From Patescibacteria group bacterium (GTDB lineage: Bacteria > Patescibacteriota > Minisyncoccia > UBA6257 > 2-01-FULL-56-20), in the NCBI GenBank assembly GCA_018971305.1, contig JAGXBC010000001.1, positions 98,284 to 162,283 of the forward strand: DNA of 64,000 bases. Direction: 5' to 3'. Below are positions 1-8,588 of this stretch, in pieces (position 1 is the first letter of the stretch; every line of letters starts with the position of its first letter). Under the pieces are notes generated by a model, which was given only the letters and a program-made list of their open reading frames with translations, did not search any database and was not told where the DNA came from. The position numbers were made by a program, and so were the translations under genes.

Positions 1-189
1 TAACATATCGGTTGCCTTATTTTCCAGATTATCCAATCTTTGACCAAGCGCGGAACAGAAATTCGCACCGGCGGCAGTGCCGGTTGAATTTCCTGCGGTC
101 GTCGGCCGGCCTTGAGCCGAAACGAAAACAGGCGCTATACTTGCCGTCGCCACAACTAAAATTAATGAATAGTTAATTAGTTTTTTCAT
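1..189 (-). CDS. Secreted hypothetical protein, N-terminal part (runs off the window start)
   Basis: ATG at 189; reads MKKLINYSLILVVATASIAPVFVSAQ..., a signal-peptide-like N-terminus; open to the window edge. Confidence 0.6.
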   Translation of the reverse strand, partial: MKKLINYSLILVVATASIAPVFVSAQGRPTTAGNSTGTAAGANFCSALGQRLDNLENKATDML

Positions 190-193
190 ATTT

Positions 194-475
194 TTAGAAT
201 TGGCTGGGGCTCAAAGATTGGTCAAAGGAATTACTGACATCTGTCGACGGAGCAACCAAAGATGGGTCCGACTCCGAAGGCGTAGCCGCGAGCTGATTAG
301 TGTCGCTCAAAATATTATTGGCTATCGCATCCGGATCAGAAGACTGCTGAGACTGCTGCGTGGCAGATGTTTCCGTCACAGGCGCACTGACCGGAGCAGC
401 GGGCTTCCATTGCAAATAAACTACCGCTACCGCCGCCACTACAATAATTATCACTAACAAAATTGTTTTATTCAT
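194..475 (-). CDS. Small membrane-anchored hypothetical protein
   Basis: 93 aa; N-terminal hydrophobic helix followed by S/T/P/Q-rich tail; same strand as and 4 nt from the next gene. Confidence 0.65.
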   Translation of the reverse strand: MNKTILLVIIIVVAAVAVVYLQWKPAAPVSAPVTETSATQQSQQSSDPDAIANNILSDTNQLAATPSESDPSLVAPSTDVSNSFDQSLSPSQF

Positions 476-598
476 GAATTTTGACCAAATTTACTTCGAC
501 CTTTTATGTAAATATATACGGATTTACAGGATTAATTATAACATGGATTCGTTTATATTTTCGAGAAACGCGGTCCATTGCCTCCTGCAGCCAATGCC

Positions 599-668
599 CG
601 CTGCCTCTCGGAAATTTGAACGCCGCTTTGCGGCGTACCAAGCTCAAATTTCCTCCGATAGCTTCTCG
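599..668. repeat. 70-bp palindromic element, copy 1 (inverted relative to 1030-1099)
   Basis: Reverse complement matches 1030-1099 with 4 mismatches; internal hairpin GGAAATTTGA..CGCCGC-TTT-GCGGCG..TCAAATTTCC. Confidence 0.9.
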
Positions 669-733
669 AAAACAAAAACTTCATCCGATAAAAATATTCA
701 AAGAATGAAGCAACAAAAAAACTGCGGTGCTTT

Positions 734-853
<120 letters not shown>

Positions 854-1029
854 CAAAACACCGCAGCATTCTGTTGTTTACATTATTTTCAGAAACGTAG
901 GCTTGCTGTTTTGATGAAACGAATTTTCATCAAATGGTTCGCTCGACAAAAATTCATCCTTTGCGAATTCTTGTCTCGCTGCCATTTGTAAGAAGCTCGC
1001 CTATTTCAGAAACGGAAACTTTCCCTTCG

Positions 1030-1099
1030 CGAGGAGCTCTCGGAGGAAATTTGAGCTTGGTACGCCGCAAAGCGGCGCTCGAATTTCCGAGAGGCAGCG
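1030..1099. repeat. 70-bp palindromic element, copy 2
   Basis: Inverted copy of 599-668, located in the 23S-5S spacer. Confidence 0.9.
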
Positions 1100-1276
1100 A
1101 AAATTTCTCGCTTGAAGAAATTTATCGCGGTTCTCGGGAAGGGAAAGTTGTAGTAAGTCAGCATTGGGATGGTTGGCGTGTATTAGTACTCCTTGGCTTA
1201 AACCCTTGCGGGCCTTACACCTAGAGCCTATCAACGTCGTAGTCTTCAACGAACACATGATACCTAATCTTGGGGT

Positions 1277-1310
<34 letters not shown>

Positions 1311-1428
1311 CTTCCCGACATAGCTACCCGGCGCTTCAGTTGGTACCAAAGCCGGTAGACCAGAGGTCAGTTCAGCCCAGTCCTCTCGTACTAGGGCCAA
1401 CTCCCCTCAAGTATTAACGCCTGCAACA

Positions 1429-1469
<41 letters not shown>

Positions 1470-2123
1470 ACGTGCCACTTTAATTGGCGAACAGCCAAAC
1501 GCTTGGGAGCTTCTACACCCCCGCGCTGTGGCGAGCCGACATCGAGGTGCCGAGCGAAGTCGTCGATAGGAACTCTCGGACTTCACCAGCCTGTTATCCC
1601 CGGAGTAGCTTTTATCCGGTGTCTCCGATCTTTCTATGAAGAATCGTCGGGTCACTAACTTCTGCTTTCGCATCTGCTCGACTTGTATGTCTCGCAGTTA
1701 AGCCGGCTTTTGCGTTTACACGTCCTGCCCGATTTCCATCCGGGCTAAGCCGACCTTAATAAACTCCTCCGTTACTCTTTTGGAGGAAAACGCCCCATTT
1801 AAACTGCCTACCAAGCACTGTCCCGGTGAGATTTCCATTGTTAGGTTTCTCACTGGTTAGACGTTAAAGTTTTAAAAATGGCTGTTTCATTGTCGGATCC
1901 ACGGCGCCCGAGAGCACCGCTTCAAATCCTCACCACTACGCTACGTAGTAAAACTCTAAAATCAATACCAAGCTGCAGTAAAGCTTCCGGGGTCTTTTCG
2001 TCCCGCTGCAGGTATCCCGCGTCTTCACGGGAATCGCATTTTCACCGAGCTTGCCTCTGAGACAGTTCTCTGATCGTTACGCCTTTCGTGCGCTTCGGAA
2101 CTTACCCGAAAAGGAATTGCGCT

Positions 2124-2825
2124 TAATTGTGTTATTCTGCCCGGCTCCTTTTCCGGACAACTCTGCATATCGCTATGCAGTTCGGACTATATCTTATCTA
2201 AACCCGAACCGCTCTGCGGTTTTAGGGCTGACCCCAACATATAGTCTCTGAGGATTCTAAAAACGTTTCTTTCTTCGATTCGTTTTGCCTGCAAATTTTA
2301 AAATCTTCTGCCATCCATTTTTTGTTAGGTGTTTCTTTCTCGCCATATCCGCAACAACTTTCTTAAAAATAGAAAAGTCGTTTATTTTATATGTTCGGAG
2401 TGGAAACCTATCAAAGAATGGAATAATAGTGCTTTGCAATTCCGAAATTGACCTTACGCAATAGCGATAAAGATGTTCATGATGATTATCGTATCGTTTA
2501 TTCAGAACGATACTGCCACAACTAAAAAATTCTTTTATCGCTTCTAGCGCTTTTAAACTTTTAGCGCCTTGTGTAATTACGAATTCCGGAAAAATTTGCT
2601 TGCCGAATCGAGTGGTCGGATTCTTGATAACCGAAATTACGAAGCTTCCTTCGCCATCGGTAAATCCAGAAATCCAACTTGCCATTTTTAGCCTTTCCTG
2701 CTGATTGTCTGCACCGAAAACTTTTTTACCTGGCATAATATATCTATGGACGTATTATACCATAGTAGTCTCGGATTCTCCAGATATTCCAGCATATAGT
2801 TGAGTTTTACTAAAGCAACGCATTC
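2124..2825 (-). mobile_element. Group I intron at the site equivalent to E. coli 23S U1931 (L1931), 702 nt
   Basis: Exons rejoin to CUAAGGU|AGCGCAAUUCCUU; P (AUGCUGGAA), Q (AAUCAGCAGG), R (CUCAGAGACUA) and S (AAGAUAUAGUCC) elements present; P1 has U-G at the 5' splice site; P10 UGCGUU pairs with AGCGCA. Confidence 0.93.
2257..2685 (-). CDS. Single-motif LAGLIDADG homing endonuclease in the intron P6 loop (upstream in-frame ATG at 2736 also possible)
   Basis: WISGFTDGEGSF motif, FVITQ; ORF lies between the Q and R elements. Confidence 0.92.
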   Translation of the reverse strand: MASWISGFTDGEGSFVISVIKNPTTRFGKQIFPEFVITQGAKSLKALEAIKEFFSCGSIVLNKRYDNHHEHLYRYCVRSISELQSTIIPFFDRFPLRTYKINDFSIFKKVVADMARKKHLTKNGWQKILKFAGKTNRRKKRF

Positions 2826-3533
2826 ACCTTAGAACGATTATAGTTATCGCTGACATTGACGAGGGCTTGAGCCGGTGGGCAGTACATATTGCTACATACC
2901 ACTCCCAGCCTTGACCTTCTCGCATCGGTCAGGCGTCACCCCCTATACATCCTCTTGCGAGTTCGCAGGGAGCTGTGTTTTTGGTAAACAGTCGCCAGAG
3001 AGACTTTCGCTGCGGCCCTTCAATGAAGAAGGGCAGGCCATATCGCTAACTTACGGCCGCTTTTTTGCCGAGTTCCTTAGAGGCAAATCACTCGTTCCCC
3101 TTGGGCTTCTCGCCCTATCCACCTGTGTCGGTTTCCGGTACGGATCCCACATAACATAAACACCGCGCTTTTCTCGGAAGGCTATTCGTCGAAGTTTGCG
3201 GAGTAAATTCTCCGCATTCCCGCTCTCCCGGCCGGAGCCTTAGAGCACGGATGCCAAACCAATAAGGCACTTCGATTTATTTCCTTCGCACACTATGTGT
3301 AATTATGCGGGAGGGACGGAATATTAACCGTCTGACCATCAGCTGCGGCTTTCGCCATTGCCTTAGGACCGCCTAACCCGTGGTTGATTGCCAGTGCCAC
3401 GGAAACCTTGGATTTTCGGGGTTCCAATTTCTCATTGGGATTGTGGTTACTCATGCCAACATTTGCTCTTCGTACCGCTCCACGCGCCCTCGCGGGTCGG
3501 GCTTCAACGCAATACGAATGCTCTCCTACCACA

Positions 3534-3633
3534 CCAATGCACAGCATTGGAAGCTCCAAACTCCAAAAATACAATTTCCAAACGTTTGGAAATTAAATAC
3601 TTGGAATTTGAAATTTCCAGTGCCATGCACTGG
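3534..3633 (-). other. Intervening sequence (long hairpin) in 23S helix 45
   Basis: Replaces the short helix between conserved CTCCTACC and CTTCGGT; CCAATGCACAGCATTGGAA pairs with TTCCAGTGCCATGCACTGG. Confidence 0.8.
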
Positions 3634-4584
3634 CATTCATATCTTCGGTACCATGCTTAGCCCCGGTACATTTTCGGCGCACATCGCCATCGAATAGTGA
3701 GTTGTTACACACTCTTTAAAGGATGGCTACCTCTAAGCCAACCTACTATCTGTCTATGGCGACACACTACCTTTAACACTTAGCATGGATTTAGGGACCT
3801 TAGATGATGATCTGGGCTGTTGCCCTCGCGACCATGGAGCTTAGCCCCCACAGTCTGACTAATGGAATTTTGACTCTTGGTATTCGGAGTTTGATTGATC
3901 TGTCGGCCTTTCGGCCTTTACAGATCATCCAGTGCTCTACCCCCAAGAGGAACTTCCACCGCTAGTCCTAAAACTATTTCGGAGAGAACCAGCTATTACC
4001 AGATTCGATTAGCTTTTCACTCCTTACCTCAGGTCATCCGAAGGTTTTGAACAACCAACCGGTTCGGGCCTCCAGTCCGCTTTCGCGAACTTTCACCCTG
4101 CCCAAGGCAAGCTCATCTGGCTTCGGGTCTATACTGCACTGCTTTATTTCGCCCTATTAAGACTCGGTTTCCCTATGCGTACATACCATTTAGGTACTTA
4201 CACGAGCAATGCAAAAATAAGTCGTTGGCTCATTCTTCAATAGGCACACTGTTGTCCTCGTTCTTCCTCTCGAAAAAACGTTCGGACTTCAGTTCCTTGT
4301 AGACAAATGGTTTCAGGTTCTATTTCAACGGCCTCACCGGCCTGCTTTTCGCCTTTCCCTCACGGTACTTGTTCACTATCGATCATCAAAAGTATTTAGC
4401 CTTACCAGATAGTACTGGCAAATTCCTTCGAGACTGTTTGACCTCGAAGTACTCAAGATGCAGCTTGATTTAACTCTTGCTGCAAAAAAACTAAGAAGTT
4501 CTCCGGTTTTCGCCTACCGGGCTATCACCGTCTTTGGCGCCCCTTTCCAGTGGGCTTCGACTAACCGAAAAATTTGTAACTTCT

Positions 4585-4656
4585 CCTTATTCCGTAAACC
4601 GCCAAATCTCCGACTCCGCCAGACGGCGGATCGGAAACTCGGCGATTCAAAGAACA
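4585..4656 (-). other. 23S domain I expansion containing a TCCGCC-N4-GGCGGA palindrome
   Basis: About 70 extra nt between TTTGTAACT and TTACCCC anchors; palindrome at 4615-4630. Confidence 0.65.
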
Positions 4657-5035
4657 GAGTTTTTTTCTTTTTACCCCAAGCTCTAAAACTTAGAGCTTAG
4701 TTTGGGCTCTTCCCTTTTCTCTCGCCGATACTAAGGGAATAACGTTTGTTCTTTATTCCTCCGCTTACTGGAATGTTTTACTTCAGCGGGTTTGCTTTCG
4801 GCTTACGCCGAAAAATTGAGGTTTGCTCAATTGGGTTTCCCCATTCGGAAATCCCCGGATCGCAGGTTGCTACGCACCTCCCCGGGGCGTATCGTTGCTA
4901 CGCCACGTCCTTCATCGCCTTTTGATGTCTAGGCATCCACCATTCGCCCTTATTGCCAACCATCCCAATACTGACTTTTTGCCGAGACTGAGAGAAAGAG
5001 GTCTCTATTATAAATAAAGAGACCGGAGTTTTTGC

Positions 5036-5108
5036 AGGCACGGGCAGGAATCGAACCTGCGATTAGATGGCTTGCACACCATCCGCCTTACCACTTGGCT
5101 ACCGTGCC
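5036..5108 (-). tRNA. tRNA-Cys-like (GCA) with an 8-nt anticodon loop
   Basis: GGCACGG/CCGTGCC acceptor, U73 discriminator, AAGTGGTAA D-loop, TTCGATT T-loop; anticodon stem GATGG/CCATC closes TGTGCAAG. Confidence 0.8.
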
Positions 5109-5149
5109 GAGCTAAAAACTAAAAATGAAAAAACAAAGAGCTAAGGGTT

Positions 5150-5226
5150 TGGTCGGTCCGGCTGGATTTGAACCAGCAACCTCCTGCTCCGACAGCAGAC
5201 GCGCTACCAGGTTACGCTACGGACCG
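5150..5226 (-). tRNA. tRNA with a Pro-type body (C1:G72, A73, encoded CCA) and non-canonical loop TGTCGGA (UCG centred, G33)
   Basis: CGGTCCG/CGGACCG acceptor, GCTGG-TTCAAAT-CCAGC T-arm, TCTGC/GCAGG anticodon stem. Confidence 0.8.
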
Positions 5227-5337
5227 ACACAAAATTTCCTTCTCTCAGTCTCGGCTATGCCCTGCCCGCCACGAGAAATTGTACTCTGGAAAATAAAATG
5301 TTGTTCGAAAATGCGATTGTATTTTCAGAGATCCCGC

Positions 5338-5353
5338 TCCGCCAAATGGCGGA
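5338..5353. repeat. REP-like palindrome TCCGCC-AAAT-GGCGGA
   Basis: Same family as 4615-4630; lies in the rRNA leader. Confidence 0.6.
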
Positions 5354-5559
5354 CGGAATAAGATGTGACGCAGGGCTTCTGATATTTTCGCCCGACTCTA
5401 CATTTCGGGCGCTACCTAAAGTCGATAGTTTATAAAGCTGCGATCGGCTCAGGAGCAACAAAAAACCGCTTCGTAAAGCGGCGTTCATGCACCAAAAAGC
5501 GCATGCGAATCAGCCGCTTGTACTTAGGAGTTTTTTACAGATATTCATTCTTGAAGTTC

Positions 5560-5587
5560 ATTATACTCCCCCGGTAAAACATGTCAA
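5560..5587 (-). promoter_or_regulatory. Sigma-70 promoter of the tRNA-tRNA-23S-5S transcript
   Basis: Perfect TTGACA-16 bp-TATAAT on the minus strand; a 16-bp spacer is typical of rRNA promoters. Confidence 0.85.
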
Positions 5588-5617
5588 GGGCATAAGAATC
5601 TGATAAGATATAGCATT

Positions 5618-6616
5618 ATGACCGCCAAGAAAGCCATAAAAAATTGGCACATAGGAAAAATTTTCGGACTTTATCCTGTCTCCACGGGGATATTTAACGA
5701 AACACATATCGCACGCTCCAACACTGGCGTGTATGTTCTGCAAAGACTGCATCCTCTTATATCAAGAAAAGGACCGACAGAAAATTATCTGGCTGCATCG
5801 GTATTTCTCGCGAGCAAAAACCTGCCCGCCCAGAGAGTTATTCTTACGAAGCGCGGCAATCTGCTTGCTAAAGATGGCGATCGTTTTTGGAGATTGCTTA
5901 CCGCCATACCAGGGCATGTTTACAATAAAGCGAAAAATATAAAAATGGTCGGGGAAGCCGGGATGCAGCTTGGAAAATTCCATGCGCTTTTCAAAAGTTT
6001 TCGTGGCCAGATTAAAAAACCTTTACCGATGTTCCAATACGATAATGTCCTGAAAAATCTTAGACGCCACTCAAAAGAATTTTTCGCCGACAAAAATATC
6101 GCCGTTCGCGAAGCGGCTAAATTTCTGCTCGCAGAATTTCCCAAAAATTTTCTTCCCAAAAATCTTCCCCGCCGCCTCATCCACACCGACCCAAAAATTT
6201 CCAATTTTATTTTTGACGATAAAGACAACGCCGTCGCGATGATAGATATGGACACCATACAATACCTTTCCCCGCTCTACGACCTGGGCGATGCCCTGAG
6301 GTCTTTCTGCGGCAAAAAGGAGGACGACCCGAAAAATAAATTCGATATAAAAAAATATAAAGCGTTCTTAGCCGGATATAAAAAGAGTTCCGGCAGTTAT
6401 CTGGGCCGCAAGGAATGGCAACTTATCCGGCAGGCAACCGGGCTCGTAATTTTGGGCCTGGCAACCCGATTTTTGAACGATTACGTGGACGATTTCTACT
6501 TCGGCTGGAATCCGAAAAAATATAAATCAAGAAAAGAACATAACCTCGCCCGCGCATTGGGACAAATTGCGCTGTATAAAGATTTTAGAAGTAAGGTTCA
6601 TGGAGAACACTGGTAA
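5618..6616 (+). CDS. APH/choline-kinase-family phosphotransferase
   Basis: YVLQR, IHTDPKISNF (Brenner motif), IDMDT, YDLGDALRS. Confidence 0.85.
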   Translation: MTAKKAIKNWHIGKIFGLYPVSTGIFNETHIARSNTGVYVLQRLHPLISRKGPTENYLAASVFLASKNLPAQRVILTKRGNLLAKDGDRFWRLLTAIPGHVYNKAKNIKMVGEAGMQLGKFHALFKSFRGQIKKPLPMFQYDNVLKNLRRHSKEFFADKNIAVREAAKFLLAEFPKNFLPKNLPRRLIHTDPKISNFIFDDKDNAVAMIDMDTIQYLSPLYDLGDALRSFCGKKEDDPKNKFDIKKYKAFLAGYKKSSGSYLGRKEWQLIRQATGLVILGLATRFLNDYVDDFYFGWNPKKYKSRKEHNLARALGQIALYKDFRSKVHGEHW

Positions 6617-6681
6617 GATATTTGTTTTTGCTATTTTACTCTTATTTAGATAATATTTTGCTATAGTTTTCTATAAAAAAT

Positions 6682-6752
6682 CGGGCCGTAGTATACCGGT
6701 AGTACGTGCGCTTCGGGTGCGCAAAGACCGGGTTCGATTCCCGGCGGCCCGA
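6682..6752 (+). tRNA. tRNA-Pro(CGG)
   Basis: CGGGCCG acceptor, TGCGC-TTCGGGT-GCGCA anticodon arm, TTCGATT T-loop; no encoded CCA. Confidence 0.95.
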
Positions 6753-6798
6753 CATAACTGCCAGAGCGGTAGGAATACCATCCTTGCCAAACTTTACG

Positions 6799-7599
6799 CT
6801 ATTGGGTAAAAAGAGCTGCTTTCAGCTGGTTGTACTCGACTGTTGGATTAGAAGTATTTATGTGTATGCCGTTTTCATATAGAGCCTCGGCTAGGAGTCC
6901 TGGTTCATTTTGGATGGTCGCCGGCGATTCTATATCGAGCTCTAAGATTTTCGGGAGAGGATCCTCGGCTACTTTTGCTGCGTTGAATACATCGTACATT
7001 TCCATACCGTCATATCGCGTATAGTGTTCTTCGATCAAACAAATGTCCAAGTTCACGCTATAATGGGCACCCAGCCCCACGTCAGAATTGCCACTCGCAG
7101 AACCCGCGTACTGTTGCTGCCATGCTGCGTAAGAAACCTGACACCTTGCTTCATCTTGCGATGGCTGAATGGTCGCGTATGAGCCCGATTGAGGACCGTT
7201 GATATCAAATAGCGCCGAAGGGGCGGGTTGTTCTCCTGACTGGTGTGTAGTTGGGCTGCTGTATGAGGCTCCCTGATTATTAGATGCTGCGAAGGCGATG
7301 ATGATGACAACGATTGTGACTAACAAAATAAGCCACGCATTTCTCCATCTCCGCTGAGTATTCTTAAAATGTTCAACGCTGGCCCAGTGTTTGTTCTTCC
7401 AGGCCCATTCATTGCCTTTTGCGCCCAGAACGAAAATCATCACTAGATTGACGATAGGGATAAGCGCCAAAAGCGCGATATAGGTACCATTCCCGAGCCC
7501 CCATATCCAGTTCAATCCAAAAGCACCCCAATTCCACCCCCTTATCTCGGAAGGGACATAATCATCGACCCTACCGTCTTTAATTTTATATTTTGTCAT
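6799..7599 (-). CDS. Membrane protein with WNWGAF..NWIWG N-terminal domain and extracellular C-terminal domain
   Basis: 266 aa; multiple hydrophobic helices; conserved-looking WNWGAF and KGNEWAWK motifs. Confidence 0.7.
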   Translation of the reverse strand: MTKYKIKDGRVDDYVPSEIRGWNWGAFGLNWIWGLGNGTYIALLALIPIVNLVMIFVLGAKGNEWAWKNKHWASVEHFKNTQRRWRNAWLILLVTIVVIIIAFAASNNQGASYSSPTTHQSGEQPAPSALFDINGPQSGSYATIQPSQDEARCQVSYAAWQQQYAGSASGNSDVGLGAHYSVNLDICLIEEHYTRYDGMEMYDVFNAAKVAEDPLPKILELDIESPATIQNEPGLLAEALYENGIHINTSNPTVEYNQLKAALFTQ

Positions 7600-7640
7600 A
7601 AATCTTTATTATAACCGTCTGATTGTTTTTATTATTTAGA

Positions 7641-8072
7641 CTATTTATCCCCCGTACTGCCGAATCCCCCGCGGGTTTTGCCAGGCATTTTTTCAACCTC
7701 TTCCCAGTCGGCTTTGGCGAATTTTATAAACATTCCCTGTGTCAGCCGCTCGCCTTTTTCCACGCGCACCGGTTTGTCCGTGAAGTTGTAATAGGCAGAT
7801 TTGAATTCGTCATCATCACCGCAATAATCCGGGTCAACGATTCCCACCCCATTAACCATCATCAATCCCTTTTTATGGGCCGAACTTCTGGCAGCAAGCA
7901 AAATAAAATGTTCCGCCGGCGCTTCCATTGCGACATTAAGCGGCACGAGGCGAATCTCTTTCGGGGGGATTTCCACGTCTTCCCTCGCCGTCAGGTCAAA
8001 AGCCGCGGCACCGCTAGTTTTGTGCTCCGGCAAGGGAATATTTTTATCAAAACGTTTTATTTTAACGCGCAT
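7641..8072 (-). CDS. dut: dUTP diphosphatase
   Basis: AAFDL, RSS, GIVDPDY, RGGFGSTG motifs. Confidence 0.95.
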   Translation of the reverse strand: MRVKIKRFDKNIPLPEHKTSGAAAFDLTAREDVEIPPKEIRLVPLNVAMEAPAEHFILLAARSSAHKKGLMMVNGVGIVDPDYCGDDDEFKSAYYNFTDKPVRVEKGERLTQGMFIKFAKADWEEVEKMPGKTRGGFGSTGDK

Positions 8073-8472
8073 TCGGGTGTTTTATATTTTTTCTGTGATG
8101 ATGCAATTTTTTTGATTTCTGCGTTAGGGCGAAAACAGTCAAAACAAGAATATAATCGGCTATGATATCGGAAGCGAGGTGATAATGCGTTCCCGAAATA
8201 AACGACACCACAAATAGGCTGGATATAAGGGCGGTCCAGAAAATAACAAACAGTTCTCCGGGATGGCGGCCATCATGCAGGTCGTACCAGCGGTCAAATT
8301 CTTTGGTGCCGACATAAATAGTTAGTATGCCGGCATATAGCGCGCTAAGCGGCGCTATCAGATCGGAATAAAAATCCATAGAGAAAAAATTCATGACAAT
8401 AAAAATCATGAATATCAGCGTCCAAATATCACATAGAATTCTCCAAATTTTTTCCTCGCGAAAAATATTCAT
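8062..8472 (-). CDS. Four-TM membrane protein
   Basis: 136 aa hydrophobic ORF overlapping the dut start. Confidence 0.7.
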   Translation of the reverse strand: MNIFREEKIWRILCDIWTLIFMIFIVMNFFSMDFYSDLIAPLSALYAGILTIYVGTKEFDRWYDLHDGRHPGELFVIFWTALISSLFVVSFISGTHYHLASDIIADYILVLTVFALTQKSKKLHHHRKNIKHPNAR

Positions 8473-8588
8473 CCCATTAGAAGCAGGTCGCGATTAATGC
8501 AGCCTGCAAAATTATTTTATAATAACGACCATATATTTGATTAAATTATGTTGTTTAAGGAGGCAATTGCGGCTTCTAACGGGATTCA

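Larger units (their letters stand above)
4981..5255. repeat. 16-bp perfect inverted repeat (4981-4996 / 5240-5255) enclosing two tRNA genes
   Basis: GCCGAGACTGAGAGAA vs TTCTCTCAGTCTCGGC. Confidence 0.9.

Noticed and set aside
5036-5108. Reading this gene as the usual spacer tRNA-Ala(TGC)
   Set aside because: No G3:U70 pair; U73 and the D-loop are Cys-type.
5150-5226. Genome-wide reassignment of CGA to Pro via the UCG-centred Pro-body tRNA
   Set aside because: The conserved Arg in PilT TIDRIID is encoded by CGA (38732-38734, minus), so CGA still appears to mean Arg. This rests on one checked site, and low-level misreading is not excluded.
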